Positions 42,683 to 52,438 of a stretch of 64,000 bases of DNA are shown here, piece by piece. The translations under genes were made by a program, and so were the position numbers. Every line of letters begins with the position of its first letter. Within the stretch, counting starts at the first letter, position 1. Under the pieces are notes generated by a model. The model had not been told where the DNA came from and made no database searches. It worked only from the letters and a program-made list of their open reading frames with translations. This stretch comes from Candidatus Methanosuratincola verstraetei. Its GTDB lineage: Archaea > Thermoproteota > Methanomethylicia > Methanomethylicales > Methanomethylicaceae. The stretch spans positions 800,001 to 864,000 of the forward strand of contig CP186953.1 of NCBI GenBank assembly GCA_049570475.1, in the 5' to 3' direction.

Positions 42683-44134
42683 TCAGAACCACCTGGATAT
42701 GATGACCTTCTTCTGTGTATAGAATTCTACAGCATCCATTGCTTGTGCATGGAGGTCTCCAAAGAAAGACTCCTTCCATCCGGAGAACGGGAAGAATGCA
42801 ATAGGGGCCGGCACGCCTATGTTGACTCCTATGTTGCCAGCATCAACCCTGTAGCTAAACTCCCTGGCGTTTTTACCCTTGCTGGTGAATATCGCAGCCG
42901 CATTTCCGTAGATCGAAGAATTCGCAAGCTCAATTGCCTCGTCAAGCGACTCAGCCTTCCTTATGCACATCACTGGGCCAAAGATCTCCTCTTTGAATAT
43001 TGTCATATCAGGAGTCACTTCGTCGAATATTGTTGGGCCAACGAAATACCCATTCGGGTACTTTTCGCACTTGAACTTCCTACCGTCAAGCAGGAGTTTC
43101 GCTCCTTCTTCTACACCTTTCTCTATGTACCTCAGGACAGTTTCAAGCTGACTCTTCGATGCAAGAGGCCCCATCTGAGTATCCGGATCGAGACCGTATC
43201 CAATCCTCACCTTGGATGCTGCCTCTACTAGAGCTTTCTTGAATGGCTCGTATGCCTCCCCCACGGGTATGAAGTTCTCGCCTGCGAGGCACCTCTGCCC
43301 AGTGCAACCACATGCCGAGGTGATGCATGCCGAAATAGTGTTCTTCATGTCGGCGTCAGGCATTATCACAATAAAGTTCTTCGCCTGACCCTGGCACTGC
43401 GCCCTCATGCCTGTCTCGGCAGCCTTCTTGTAGATGTGCCTGGCCACGGGGGTGGAACCAACGAATGAGACTGCCTTAACGTCGTAGCTCGACAAAAGCA
43501 CGTCGGAGACATTCCTGCTGCCGTTTACTAGGTTAATCACGCCTGGCGGGAACCCTGCCTCCTCAGCAAGCTCAATTATCCTCTTCGCGGTGAGCGGCAC
43601 CTGGCTTGATGGCTTCAGTATGAAGGTGTTTCCACAGGCGACTGCAAGTGGCAAGAACCAGAGAGGGATCATTGCCGGGAAATTGTAAGGCGTGAGCCCG
43701 ACACATACGCCCAAGGGCTCTCTTACATAGGCCTCATCGATCCCCTTTGCCACATCTTCCTCTATGTCCCCTACCATCATCATAGGTATGCCGCAAGCAA
43801 GCTCCACGGTCTCTATGCCCCTCTTCAGGTCGCCTCTTGCCTCGTCGAGGACCTTTCCATGCTCCTTCACGATGATCTCAGAGATCTCCTCGAAATTTTG
43901 GTCAAGCAGGTTTCTGAACTCGAAGAGGTATCTGGCTCTTGTTGATGGGGGTGTGCACCTCCACTCCCAAAATGCTTCCTTTGCTGCTTTGATGGCTTCC
44001 TTGACCTCGTCGTTTGTCGACTTTGGAACCTTTGCAAGAACTTCTAGGGTTGCAGGATTTACGACATCCAATGTTTCAGTACTGCTAGACTCAACCCATT
44101 CTCCGTTTATGTAATTCTTCAATACCTCGACCAA
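42683..44134 (-). CDS. mmsA: Methylmalonate/malonate-semialdehyde dehydrogenase (CoA-acylating)
   Basis: TPYNFPAMIPLW, FVGST, AKNF...MPDAD, GQRCLA, EEIFGP, G.NIGVPAP.AFFPFSGWK.SFFGD. Confidence 0.92.
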   Translation of the reverse strand: MVEVLKNYINGEWVESSSTETLDVVNPATLEVLAKVPKSTNDEVKEAIKAAKEAFWEWRCTPPSTRARYLFEFRNLLDQNFEEISEIIVKEHGKVLDEARGDLKRGIETVELACGIPMMMVGDIEEDVAKGIDEAYVREPLGVCVGLTPYNFPAMIPLWFLPLAVACGNTFILKPSSQVPLTAKRIIELAEEAGFPPGVINLVNGSRNVSDVLLSSYDVKAVSFVGSTPVARHIYKKAAETGMRAQCQGQAKNFIVIMPDADMKNTISACITSACGCTGQRCLAGENFIPVGEAYEPFKKALVEAASKVRIGYGLDPDTQMGPLASKSQLETVLRYIEKGVEEGAKLLLDGRKFKCEKYPNGYFVGPTIFDEVTPDMTIFKEEIFGPVMCIRKAESLDEAIELANSSIYGNAAAIFTSKGKNAREFSYRVDAGNIGVNIGVPAPIAFFPFSGWKESFFGDLHAQAMDAVEFYTQKKVIISRWF

Positions 44135-44319
44135 TTCTAATCCTCCATTTTTACACTTGCTTTTCCTATGGTCGTAGCTTTAAGTGAAACTACCTTTATG
44201 GTATTTAAACTTTTATCATGAACTAAAATAATCTGTAATTATAAACCACTTTTAATGCAGTTCTCTTAACCGGAACGCCTTTTATAATTGAAGTTTAATT
44301 AAACTAACAGGCGAAAACC

Positions 44320-44742
44320 TTGAAATCCGTCCGTACTGAAAACTTGATTATTATCAGGCTTGATGAGGGCGAAGAGGTGATCTCTTCACTGAAGGCTGTT
44401 GCCAAAGATGAGAGGATTAATTCAGCAGTAATCGTTTCCTTTGTCGGTGCGTTGAAGCATTCCGAATTGATAGTTAGAAAAGGCGTGGAAAAAGAAATCG
44501 CCCCCCATGTGGAGGCTGTAGGGAATGGGAATTTGACCATCCTCAACGGAGAACCTTTCGTCCATCTCCATGTCGCTTTGGGAAACGATGGCGGTACGTG
44601 GGTGGGGCACCTCCTCAAGGGTGTCGTTGATATTTTCTGCGAGGTGGCTATGCTGCCAATGCCGTTTGAGGCTCGGCGGAGCTATGATTCTAGTTTGGCT
44701 GAAAAAGGCGTTACGGTACCGTTCCGACTTGAATTGGGGTGA
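44320..44742 (+). CDS. PPC/DUF296 domain protein
   Basis: RLDEGEEV, GNL..PFVHLHV.LG..GHL. Confidence 0.85.
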   Translation: MKSVRTENLIIIRLDEGEEVISSLKAVAKDERINSAVIVSFVGALKHSELIVRKGVEKEIAPHVEAVGNGNLTILNGEPFVHLHVALGNDGGTWVGHLLKGVVDIFCEVAMLPMPFEARRSYDSSLAEKGVTVPFRLELG

Positions 44743-45197
44743 GCCGATTGGCAATACTGTCCGATTCTTCAATACTGCGCTATGTTGAGGCGGGAATATT
44801 GAAGATTGATCCCTTTTCTAGCGACTCCCTATCCCCTTCTGGGTATGACCTTAGGTCTGGGCTGGACATGGAGATCCCAAGGGGTCATCAAACCCTGATC
44901 CATACACTCGAGAGAGTCGAATTACCTCCATCCATTGCAGGGGAGCTGTTCATAAGATCTTCCTTTGCCCGCGAGGGTCTTTTGGGGAGCTTTGCTTTCG
45001 TCGACCCAGGGTTCAAGGGGCAGCTCACAATTTCGGTTGCAAACCTGGGTCTGAGGGAGATAATGATCTCAAAAGGTGAGCGCATCGTCCAGATCGTATT
45101 CAATGAGCTGGACATGCCTTCCTCGCGCCCGTATTCGGGGAGATACCAGGGCAGCAGAGGGGTAGTGGGAAGCAAGAGAGTTTCAACAGATATGTAA
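44739..45197 (+). CDS. dcd: dCTP deaminase / dUTPase family protein
   Basis: ILSD..I, PSGYDLR, RSSFAREG, VDPGFKG, GERIVQ, PYSGRYQ. Confidence 0.85.
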   Translation: MSRLAILSDSSILRYVEAGILKIDPFSSDSLSPSGYDLRSGLDMEIPRGHQTLIHTLERVELPPSIAGELFIRSSFAREGLLGSFAFVDPGFKGQLTISVANLGLREIMISKGERIVQIVFNELDMPSSRPYSGRYQGSRGVVGSKRVSTDM

Positions 45198-45251
45198 AAT
45201 TTATAACACAATTGCCATTTAAAATTATATTGTCTATGGAGATGCGCCCCG

Positions 45252-45989
45252 ATGAGTGTGGAGACTCGCTATGAATATCTTAAGCGCCAGATACGTGCAG
45301 TTGAGTTTCTGAGACTCACAAAAAGTGTAAAGTCATACCAAGAACTTATGAAGCTAACTGGCATTCCAATAACTGTTCTTAATCGTTACGTCAAGGGGCA
45401 CATCTTGCCGAGCCCTGAGCGGGCCGCCTCGATCTTGGATAAGCTGGAGAAGGGGTACGATGTCACCAGCCATATCATGGACAAGATCTCATTCGATAAG
45501 GGAGGCTTCTTGGACAACACTAAGGTTCTAGGCGATACCCTTCTGTTGAGGTATGTCGCTGACCACGTGGTCCAGAGGCTCGCAGGAAGAAGGGTCAGCA
45601 AAGTGCTCACAGTTGCTGTCGATGGCATCCCGCTTGCCGTCCACATTGCATCCGCTTTCAGCGTCCCGCTTATGTATGCTAAAAAAGACAAGGAGATCGG
45701 CGTATCGAACTTCATTGAGGAGACCTACACCGTCTCAAAAGCAGGCATCCAGGTCTCGCTTTACCTGCCGAAGGACGGGATCGAGAAACGAGACAGCATT
45801 CTAATAACCGACGACGTTGTCAGGTCCGGCGAGCAGCTTAAAGCGTTGGTAAACATGGTCAAGAGAAGCAAGGCCGAGATCGCAGGTGTATTTGTCTTAA
45901 TTGCAGTTGGAGAAAAATGGAAGAAGGAGATCGACGACTCAGCGAACTACCCTGTTTATTCAATTGTTACCCTGCCTGAAAAGGAATGA
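45252..45989 (+). CDS. HTH plus phosphoribosyltransferase protein (PurR-like)
   Basis: N-terminal HTH TVLNRYVKGHILPS; PRPP loop LITDDVVRSGE. Confidence 0.85.
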   Translation: MSVETRYEYLKRQIRAVEFLRLTKSVKSYQELMKLTGIPITVLNRYVKGHILPSPERAASILDKLEKGYDVTSHIMDKISFDKGGFLDNTKVLGDTLLLRYVADHVVQRLAGRRVSKVLTVAVDGIPLAVHIASAFSVPLMYAKKDKEIGVSNFIEETYTVSKAGIQVSLYLPKDGIEKRDSILITDDVVRSGEQLKALVNMVKRSKAEIAGVFVLIAVGEKWKKEIDDSANYPVYSIVTLPEKE

Positions 45990-46991
45990 AAGGTCGTATG
46001 GTGGGTATGCCACTTCCTTCTCGGTTATTATTGCCGATACCAGTTGCCTCGGCGTCAGATCGAATGCTGGATTGAGCACCTCTGTACCCTCTGGGGCAAT
46101 CCGCACCCCGCGAATGTGGGTCACTTCAGACGGAGCCCTCTCCTCTATGGTTACGCCGTCTGGGCTCGCATTCAGGTCTATTGTCGAGAGCGGTGCTGCT
46201 ACATAGAATGGGATGCTGTGATGCTTCGCTAGTACGGCCAAGCCGTAAGTTCCGATCTTGTTGACCACGTCCCCCTGCCTGGTTATCAGATCTGCGCCGA
46301 CAATTACCTTATTCACGAGACCTTTCTTCATTATGTATGCTGCCATGTTGTCGGTGATCAGCTTGAAAGGGATCCTCTCATACTTCAACTCGAATGCAGT
46401 CAGCCTGGCGCCTTGGAGCAGGGGCCTCGTTTCGCATGAATATACAAAGAACTTCTTGCCTTCCTGATAGGCGGTCCGTATTACGCCCAGCGCGGTTCCA
46501 TGCTCGACACATGCAAGCGCTCCTGCATTGCAATGAGTTAGGACCCCATCCCCATCCGAGATCAAGGCCGATCCATTCTTTCCGATGGCTTTGCAAACTG
46601 CAATATCTTCCTCTGCAATCGCCAAGGCTTCTTTTATGACCTTCTCCTTGAGCGCATTTCCGCCTTCTCTTAAGGGCTCTTCCCAAACCTTCCTCATCCT
46701 TTCCAACGCCCAGAAAAGGTTCCTGGCGGTCGGTCTTGTGGACCTCAACCTTTTGTATGCCCTCGCCAGCCGTTCCGGCAGTTCATGCTCATTATTGCAG
46801 TTCTTGGCCGCAAGCGCTACGCCCATGGCTGCCGCGACTCCAATTGCTGGCGCGCCCCTGATTTCCATCCGCTCGATGGCTTCAGCGATCCTTTCATGGT
46901 CTTCGCATCTGATTATCCTCAGCTCGTCCGGAAGCGCCGTCTGGTCGATGATGTAGACGCCATCTTCTTTCCATTCGATAGTCCTTATCAA
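45960..46991 (-). CDS. mtnA: Methylthioribose-1-phosphate isomerase (eIF2B-like family)
   Basis: RGAPAIG, TRPTA.NL, THCNAG.LA, ETRPLLQGARLT, NKIGTY, NPAFD.TP. Confidence 0.92.
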   Translation of the reverse strand: MIRTIEWKEDGVYIIDQTALPDELRIIRCEDHERIAEAIERMEIRGAPAIGVAAAMGVALAAKNCNNEHELPERLARAYKRLRSTRPTARNLFWALERMRKVWEEPLREGGNALKEKVIKEALAIAEEDIAVCKAIGKNGSALISDGDGVLTHCNAGALACVEHGTALGVIRTAYQEGKKFFVYSCETRPLLQGARLTAFELKYERIPFKLITDNMAAYIMKKGLVNKVIVGADLITRQGDVVNKIGTYGLAVLAKHHSIPFYVAAPLSTIDLNASPDGVTIEERAPSEVTHIRGVRIAPEGTEVLNPAFDLTPRQLVSAIITEKEVAYPPYDLSFLFRQGNN

Positions 46992-46994
46992 GAA

Positions 46995-47483
46995 TCAATC
47001 CCCCAGCGATTTGGCTATCCCATCCGCAACCGCTCTTACGCCTAATCTGACTTTGTAGCTAATCCCAGCTCCAAAATCTATTGTTTTCGGCTGTATCCCT
47101 AGGAGCTTTATCTTTACGCCTGGGATTCCCTCCCTCAATACCGAGAATAGGATTTTTAGCGATTGCTTATGGGTCGAAAGCGATCTCTCAGTCAACTCGT
47201 CGCCATCGAAAAGCCTTGCCTCTCCGGGCTTAAGCCCCATGTCGACTGCGTCGATGAACAAGATGTGGCTAGGCTGGAATCTTTTCATTTCCAAAGTGAA
47301 ATTCTCAGGGACGCCGCCGCAATCCATAACCAGGACATTGCCCCTCCCTTTCAGCCTGCCACGCAGTATCCTTGCTGCTGAGCAGCCCGCTGCATCGTCG
47401 CCCCTCATCCTGTTTCCTACCCCAATGATCAATATGCGGCTGCATCCTTCTAAGAACTCTGAGAGCGACTCCTCGAAGAGCAT
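46995..47483 (-). CDS. hycI: Hydrogenase maturation protease (HycI type)
   Basis: GVGN.MRGDDAAG, VPEN, IDA, STH, GIQP. Confidence 0.9.
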   Translation of the reverse strand: MLFEESLSEFLEGCSRILIIGVGNRMRGDDAAGCSAARILRGRLKGRGNVLVMDCGGVPENFTLEMKRFQPSHILFIDAVDMGLKPGEARLFDGDELTERSLSTHKQSLKILFSVLREGIPGVKIKLLGIQPKTIDFGAGISYKVRLGVRAVADGIAKSLGD

Positions 47484-47515
47484 ATAGATAACCTCTTGGT
47501 TACTTCGTCTTAAAG

Positions 47516-48052
47516 GTGTTCTCGTTGCCCGAACCCTTGCCCAAAGCCGTCATGAGAGGGAACCAATGCTTTGTAAGCGGTCCTGACGCAGACAGGCTAC
47601 ACCAGCAGGGTGCAGTCGGAACCATGGAGAAGGGCGTCCTGAGGCTGAGCGATGTTGAGATGCTGCACCTTGTCGAGCGCGAAAAAATTGCCGTGTATGG
47701 TGAGCAGGGAGAGGCTTTGGATTTCCCTTCACTCTTGAAGCTTCTCGAAGGGTATGATTCAGAGATCTGGCTGAAATTTCTGTTGTACTCTGATCTTAGG
47801 AGGAGGGGCTACACCGTGAAGCCTGGGTTCGGACCGAAATTGGAATACCGGGTTTATGAACGCGGAGCCTCAGTGGGCAAGGAGCCCGCAAAATACCTCG
47901 TCTATGGCCTTGTTGAAGGTAAAACAGTCAAGGTTTCGGAAATAGCCTCCATATCTGAATCCGCCAAGCTCTCGAAGAAAGATCTTATCTTGGCAGTCAT
48001 TGACAGGCAGGGTGAGATAACCTATTATGACACCACCGAAGTCAGTCTATGA
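47516..48052 (+). CDS. endA: tRNA-splicing endonuclease subunit, probably the structural (beta) subunit
   Basis: L.LSDVE, YSDLRRRGY.VKPG, RVYERG, LAVID.QGEITYY; Pro at the catalytic His position (KEP versus KEH). Confidence 0.88.
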   Translation: MFSLPEPLPKAVMRGNQCFVSGPDADRLHQQGAVGTMEKGVLRLSDVEMLHLVEREKIAVYGEQGEALDFPSLLKLLEGYDSEIWLKFLLYSDLRRRGYTVKPGFGPKLEYRVYERGASVGKEPAKYLVYGLVEGKTVKVSEIASISESAKLSKKDLILAVIDRQGEITYYDTTEVSL

Positions 48053-48896
48053 AACTGCAGTCGCAGCTCTCCGGCTGATTCGCCCCACAAACTCTCTGAT
48101 GATGGGCTTTGCAGTTATAATAGGAGAGATAGCCGTCTTGGGCAGGATCCCTTCTTTTTTCGAGATGGCGCTCGGCTTCTCAGTCTCTTTTTTCCTGACT
48201 GCCTCATCAATGGCTATGAATGACTATGTGGATTTGGAGATCGATCTGGTGAACCAGCCAGACCGTCCGCTACCGTCGGGTGCAGTCTCCAAGACTGGGG
48301 CACTAATCATTTCGGCTCTGACTGGTGCAATAGGGGTGCTCTCCGCATTCCCATTCCGGGAAGGTGCAGTCTTCATTGCGTTGCTGACCTTTGTGATCTC
48401 AGCTTTATACAACCTCTACGGGAAAAAGACTGGAATCTGGGGAAACTTGATGGTTTCCTATTGCGTAGCGATGCCCTTTCTTTATGGAGGCATAGTCGTC
48501 CTGGGCGCCGTCAATGTCACCTCTTTCACCTTTTTCCTACTTGCGTTTTTGGCCAATACCGGGAGGGAAGTGACCAAGGGCATAGCGGACACTGAGGGGG
48601 ACAAGCTGCGGGGGATCAGGACGGTGGCACTAGTAAGGGGTGAAAAGACTGCAGCCTTGGTTTCAGCGCTGTTCTATCTCGCGGCAGTAGCCATAACGCC
48701 GCTTCCGTACGTTTTTGGGCAGCTTGGGATGGCATACGCCCTGCTTGTCGTGCCTGTAGACGTAGGGTTTGTCTATTCGTCTTATAGGATCATCAAGGAA
48801 AGCGGAAGGGCCTCGGCATTGAATGTAAAGACCCAAGTGAGGTACTGGATGATTTTGGCTCTAATTGCCTTCCTGGCTGGCGGGCTGCTGCGATGA
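48027..48896 (+). CDS. Digeranylgeranylglyceryl phosphate synthase (UbiA family)
   Basis: LIRP.N, NDYVDLEID.VNQPDRPLPSG, REVTKGIAD.EGD. Confidence 0.9.
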   Translation: MTPPKSVYETAVAALRLIRPTNSLMMGFAVIIGEIAVLGRIPSFFEMALGFSVSFFLTASSMAMNDYVDLEIDLVNQPDRPLPSGAVSKTGALIISALTGAIGVLSAFPFREGAVFIALLTFVISALYNLYGKKTGIWGNLMVSYCVAMPFLYGGIVVLGAVNVTSFTFFLLAFLANTGREVTKGIADTEGDKLRGIRTVALVRGEKTAALVSALFYLAAVAITPLPYVFGQLGMAYALLVVPVDVGFVYSSYRIIKESGRASALNVKTQVRYWMILALIAFLAGGLLR

Positions 48897-50186
48897 CCCC
48901 TCGAGCCTAGTTACTAGCGCGGGCACGTCTTCCAGCCTGACTGTGTGCTCTATCTTCCTGCCCATCTCCCTTAGCTTGAAAACCCCCGTCTTTACCTCTT
49001 CTGGTCCAACAATCAATACGAAGGGTATCCCTTTCGAATTGGCATACTCGAGCTGCCTTCCAAGTTTCCTGCCCATCAGGTCTGTCTCAGACGGGATTCT
49101 GCTCTTGATCAGCTCCCTGCAAAACGCGACCGCCTGGGGAAGATTCTCCTCGCCTATACACGCGACGAAGACTTTAGTTGCTGGCGCGGCGTGAACTTTC
49201 ATTTCCTCCGAAAGCACTTCATAGAGCCTTTCGACTCCAAGCGAGATCCCTGTTGCAGGTGTGGAAATTCCGCCAAACTTCTCAATCAAGTGGTCGTATC
49301 TCCCGCCACCTGCGATGCTCCCAATGCCTTTGCTCTTTGTCTTGACCTCGAACACCGGTCCAGTGTAGTAGTCGAGTCCCCTGACCAAGCTGAAGTCTAC
49401 AACCATAGTGCCTTCCAGACCAAATGCCTTAGAGAGCTCAACCATTCTCTTCAATTCATTTATGCCCTCGACTGCCTTGCTGCTTGGTCTCAACTCATTC
49501 TCGACGTACGTTATTGCCTCTTCGCCCTTGAACCTAGTAAAATCTAGCAGCCTAGAAACCTTCTCCTCCTCCACGCCAAGTGCTCTGATGGCCCTTGCTA
49601 CCTCCCCCTCCCCGACCTTCTCAAGCCTGTCAAGCGCGTGGAAGATCCCTTCGGCGATCCTGTTTTCAATCCCAAGGACCTCCACCATCCCTTCGAGGAT
49701 CTTCCTGTTGTTTATCTTGACTTCGAAATCATCCAAGCCAAGTTCTCGGAGTGCGTCGACGGCTGTGGAAAGGCATTCCATATCCGCCTCGATTCTGGCG
49801 CTCCCTACCACGTCGATGTCTGCTTGCACAAACTCCCTAAACCTGCCGCTCTGGGGCTCCTCATACCTCCAAACTTTTGAAATGCAGTAGCGTTTGAATG
49901 GCTTCGGCAAGTCAGGGGTGTTAGAAACAACCCTTGCAAGGGGAACCGTAAGGTCGAATCTTAGGCCCAGCCACCTTCCGCCCTTGTCTTGGAACTTGTA
50001 GATCTGCCTCTCAACCTCCTCACCGCCCTTCGTCGCGAGCACCTCCCAAAGTTCCAGGGCTGGGGTGTCCATCTCCTCGAATCCGTGCAGCTCAAAAATC
50101 GCCCTTATCCTGTCCATTATCTCCCTTCTGATCTTCATCTCATCGGGCAAAAAGTCGCGCGTTCCCCTTGGTTTGCCAAGCTTCAT
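48861..50186 (-). CDS. hisS: Histidine-tRNA ligase
   Basis: PRGTRDF, LRFDLT, RYEEPQSGRFREF.Q, RGLDYYTG, GGGRYD. Confidence 0.97.
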   Translation of the reverse strand: MKLGKPRGTRDFLPDEMKIRREIMDRIRAIFELHGFEEMDTPALELWEVLATKGGEEVERQIYKFQDKGGRWLGLRFDLTVPLARVVSNTPDLPKPFKRYCISKVWRYEEPQSGRFREFVQADIDVVGSARIEADMECLSTAVDALRELGLDDFEVKINNRKILEGMVEVLGIENRIAEGIFHALDRLEKVGEGEVARAIRALGVEEEKVSRLLDFTRFKGEEAITYVENELRPSSKAVEGINELKRMVELSKAFGLEGTMVVDFSLVRGLDYYTGPVFEVKTKSKGIGSIAGGGRYDHLIEKFGGISTPATGISLGVERLYEVLSEEMKVHAAPATKVFVACIGEENLPQAVAFCRELIKSRIPSETDLMGRKLGRQLEYANSKGIPFVLIVGPEEVKTGVFKLREMGRKIEHTVRLEDVPALVTRLEGSSQQPASQEGN

Positions 50187-50297
50187 CTTTTTCGCCTTGG
50201 AGAAATGTCCCCTAATCCAAATAAATCTCTTTAGTTCGCAAGCTCGGGAAATATGCGATTAAAAATATTAATAGGCGACCCTTCCCCTAACATCAGG

Positions 50298-50387
50298 GGG
50301 CCCGTAGCTCAGTACGGTAGAGCAGCGGGCTTTTAAGAGACCGAAGAAACCCGTTGGTCTCGGGTTCAAATCCCGACGGGCCCGCCA
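50298..50387 (+). tRNA. tRNA-Lys(TTT) with a 13-nt intron at 37/38 (50336-50348)
   Basis: GCGGG-CU UUU A; BHB helix CUUU/GAAG; encoded CCA. Confidence 0.93.
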
Positions 50388-50429
50388 TAAACCATCCTTT
50401 CATTGAATCAAAAAGAGGACAAAAACGGT

Positions 50430-51539
50430 TCAGCCTTTATGCCGGCTTTCGACCTTCGAAATCCTGTAAACTGCCTCCTTGCCGGAATGCCTTATCAATA
50501 GACCCTCCTCCCCGATCTTCATATCGGGCGGAACCGTCTCCGGGGGCACTTCTATGAAGTTGGATTCCTTCAAGTCATAAAAGTCCACATGGGTGCTCGT
50601 CCTCCCGTCCAACCTGACCCTCCTGACTTCGTCCTCTGCTAGCTTCTCAAGAGTGGCATATTCGTCCAAACCTAGGGTTCTGTGCTCTCTGCCCCTCATG
50701 TCTTTTATTACTGCCCTGCCGCGGTCAAACCCGGTTAGCAAGTACACATTATTCCGGAGTGATACGATGTCCCCTGCCCTGAGCTTCGGCATCTTGATGC
50801 TGATCGTATTCTTGTAGACCCTCCCGCCAGTCCTCCTGTCCACGCCAACCAGTTTGGGGCTCTCCTGGACGGTTGCACCGTAATCCTCGTGGAGCCTTTT
50901 TGCGAAAATCCGGGCGGTCGTCAGCGTAGCGAATTTCATGTCATAGCCCCCCTCCTTTTCCTTAACCTCGACTATGCCCCCCCTTCTTTTGTCCGCCCCT
51001 CTTTTGCAAATATCTTCAATCGCCCGCTCCACATGATGCTGGTCCTCGGCGTCCAGATCTCTGCCCTCCGCCCTGATCTGCACGACCGCCTCATGCTCCT
51101 TCCTTGCGTACCGTATGCAGGCACCGCAAGTCGCATAATCGATCGAAACTAGCACTGACGTCATGTGCTCTGAACCCGTGGCACTCTCTTTGAGCCTCAA
51201 GTTCAGCATCATTGCCTTAGGCAGACCGTTACCGTCTCTGTCGAGAACCTCCCCGCTCGCCCCTTCCAGGGTTACCCCTTCCGGCAATTTATTCCTCCTC
51301 AGAAGCTCGGTCTCGGATGCGGCGATCGCTTTCGAATCGTTGTCGGCAATCTCATCCCTCTCAACCCACCTCTTCCCTTGGAGGTAAGATCGGCATTCCG
51401 GGCACATGGTCACAGTCAAGTCCGAAGGCATTTCCATGTCCACTTCTTTCCAGTAGCATTCGGCACAAAGCCCTCGGATATATGCGCCCGACTCGGATCC
51501 ACATTTTGCACAAAAGCGCCCCATCGAAGCGCCCCTCAT
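50430..51539 (-). CDS. NMD3 family ribosome biogenesis protein
   Basis: Four CxxC pairs, EAVVQIR, KLVGVD..G..YK.TI; adjacent to DUF424 and aIF2-beta. Confidence 0.85.
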   Translation of the reverse strand: MRGASMGRFCAKCGSESGAYIRGLCAECYWKEVDMEMPSDLTVTMCPECRSYLQGKRWVERDEIADNDSKAIAASETELLRRNKLPEGVTLEGASGEVLDRDGNGLPKAMMLNLRLKESATGSEHMTSVLVSIDYATCGACIRYARKEHEAVVQIRAEGRDLDAEDQHHVERAIEDICKRGADKRRGGIVEVKEKEGGYDMKFATLTTARIFAKRLHEDYGATVQESPKLVGVDRRTGGRVYKNTISIKMPKLRAGDIVSLRNNVYLLTGFDRGRAVIKDMRGREHRTLGLDEYATLEKLAEDEVRRVRLDGRTSTHVDFYDLKESNFIEVPPETVPPDMKIGEEGLLIRHSGKEAVYRISKVESRHKG

Positions 51540-51844
51540 ATAAGAACGAATTGCGCGTGGGGTATGCCGTTCACTGTCATTATGCCATCTTCATGTATCA
51601 GTCCTGCTTCCTTCCCGCACCTTACAGCAACTTCGCCGACCAGGTTTGCAACCGTCGCCTTCTTAAGGTAATCTATGGCGGTCTCTGTCGAAACGAGTTC
51701 GCCTTTATAGAAAGCCTCATTCACGTCAAGGAGTAGCCGGCCTTCAGAGAACTTCTTCCCAAGGAGTTGAGGGTCGCAAACTGCTACCATAAATTCTCCT
51801 TCGCGAACAGCCCACACCTTCACAATAAGCTTTTCTTCTTTCAT
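51536..51844 (-). CDS. DUF424 family protein
   Basis: VAVCD..LLGK.F, FY.G, ANLVG, GIPHAQ. Confidence 0.9.
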   Translation of the reverse strand: MKEEKLIVKVWAVREGEFMVAVCDPQLLGKKFSEGRLLLDVNEAFYKGELVSTETAIDYLKKATVANLVGEVAVRCGKEAGLIHEDGIMTVNGIPHAQFVLI

Positions 51845-51853
51845 TGGATACCC

Positions 51854-52267
51854 TCAAATCAGTGTCTTGGCTGGGTTCTTTGCACCGCATACTTCACAGA
51901 CAATGAACGTCAGCCTGCCCTCCTTTACCAATTTCGTGTCTGGCTTGTTGCAAGAGCTGCAAAGAACATATGCCTTGATATACCTAACTATCAGGTCGTC
52001 AATTACTTCTTTTGAGAACTTGCCATTCAGCGATGCCCTGGCGTCCTCCATCGTACCGGAAGTCGCAAGCTCCCTGACTATGAACTTGAGCACATGGTTA
52101 GGCGTCCTGTTTAGCCTCGAAGCTATCTCTTTGAAATTGTTTATGACTGTCTTTGATCCTATTACCGCTACATCCGCCTTGGGGGTTTCATACTTGGTGG
52201 ACTTGAAGACCTTCTCGGGTATCTTCGAGAAACCCCTCTGGAGCAGGGCCTCATAATCGTAAGACAT
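51854..52267 (-). CDS. eif2b: Translation initiation factor aIF2 beta subunit
   Basis: YEALL.R, KTVI.NF, ELAT.G, YVLC..C.KPDT.L, C..CGA. Confidence 0.95.
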   Translation of the reverse strand: MSYDYEALLQRGFSKIPEKVFKSTKYETPKADVAVIGSKTVINNFKEIASRLNRTPNHVLKFIVRELATSGTMEDARASLNGKFSKEVIDDLIVRYIKAYVLCSSCNKPDTKLVKEGRLTFIVCEVCGAKNPAKTLI

Positions 52268-52438
52268 CGCTACCACTCAAATATGGAAACATTCAACCGC
52301 TATAAATCCTTATAGTACAGACCACGAAAATGCCTGGCGCTGCCGCGCAGGGTCTTAATCCTTGCGCCTCCCCACCAAAACTCTAGATATATTAAATTAT
52401 AAGCAAAATTGAATATATTGCTTAAAAGAGTGATAGTT

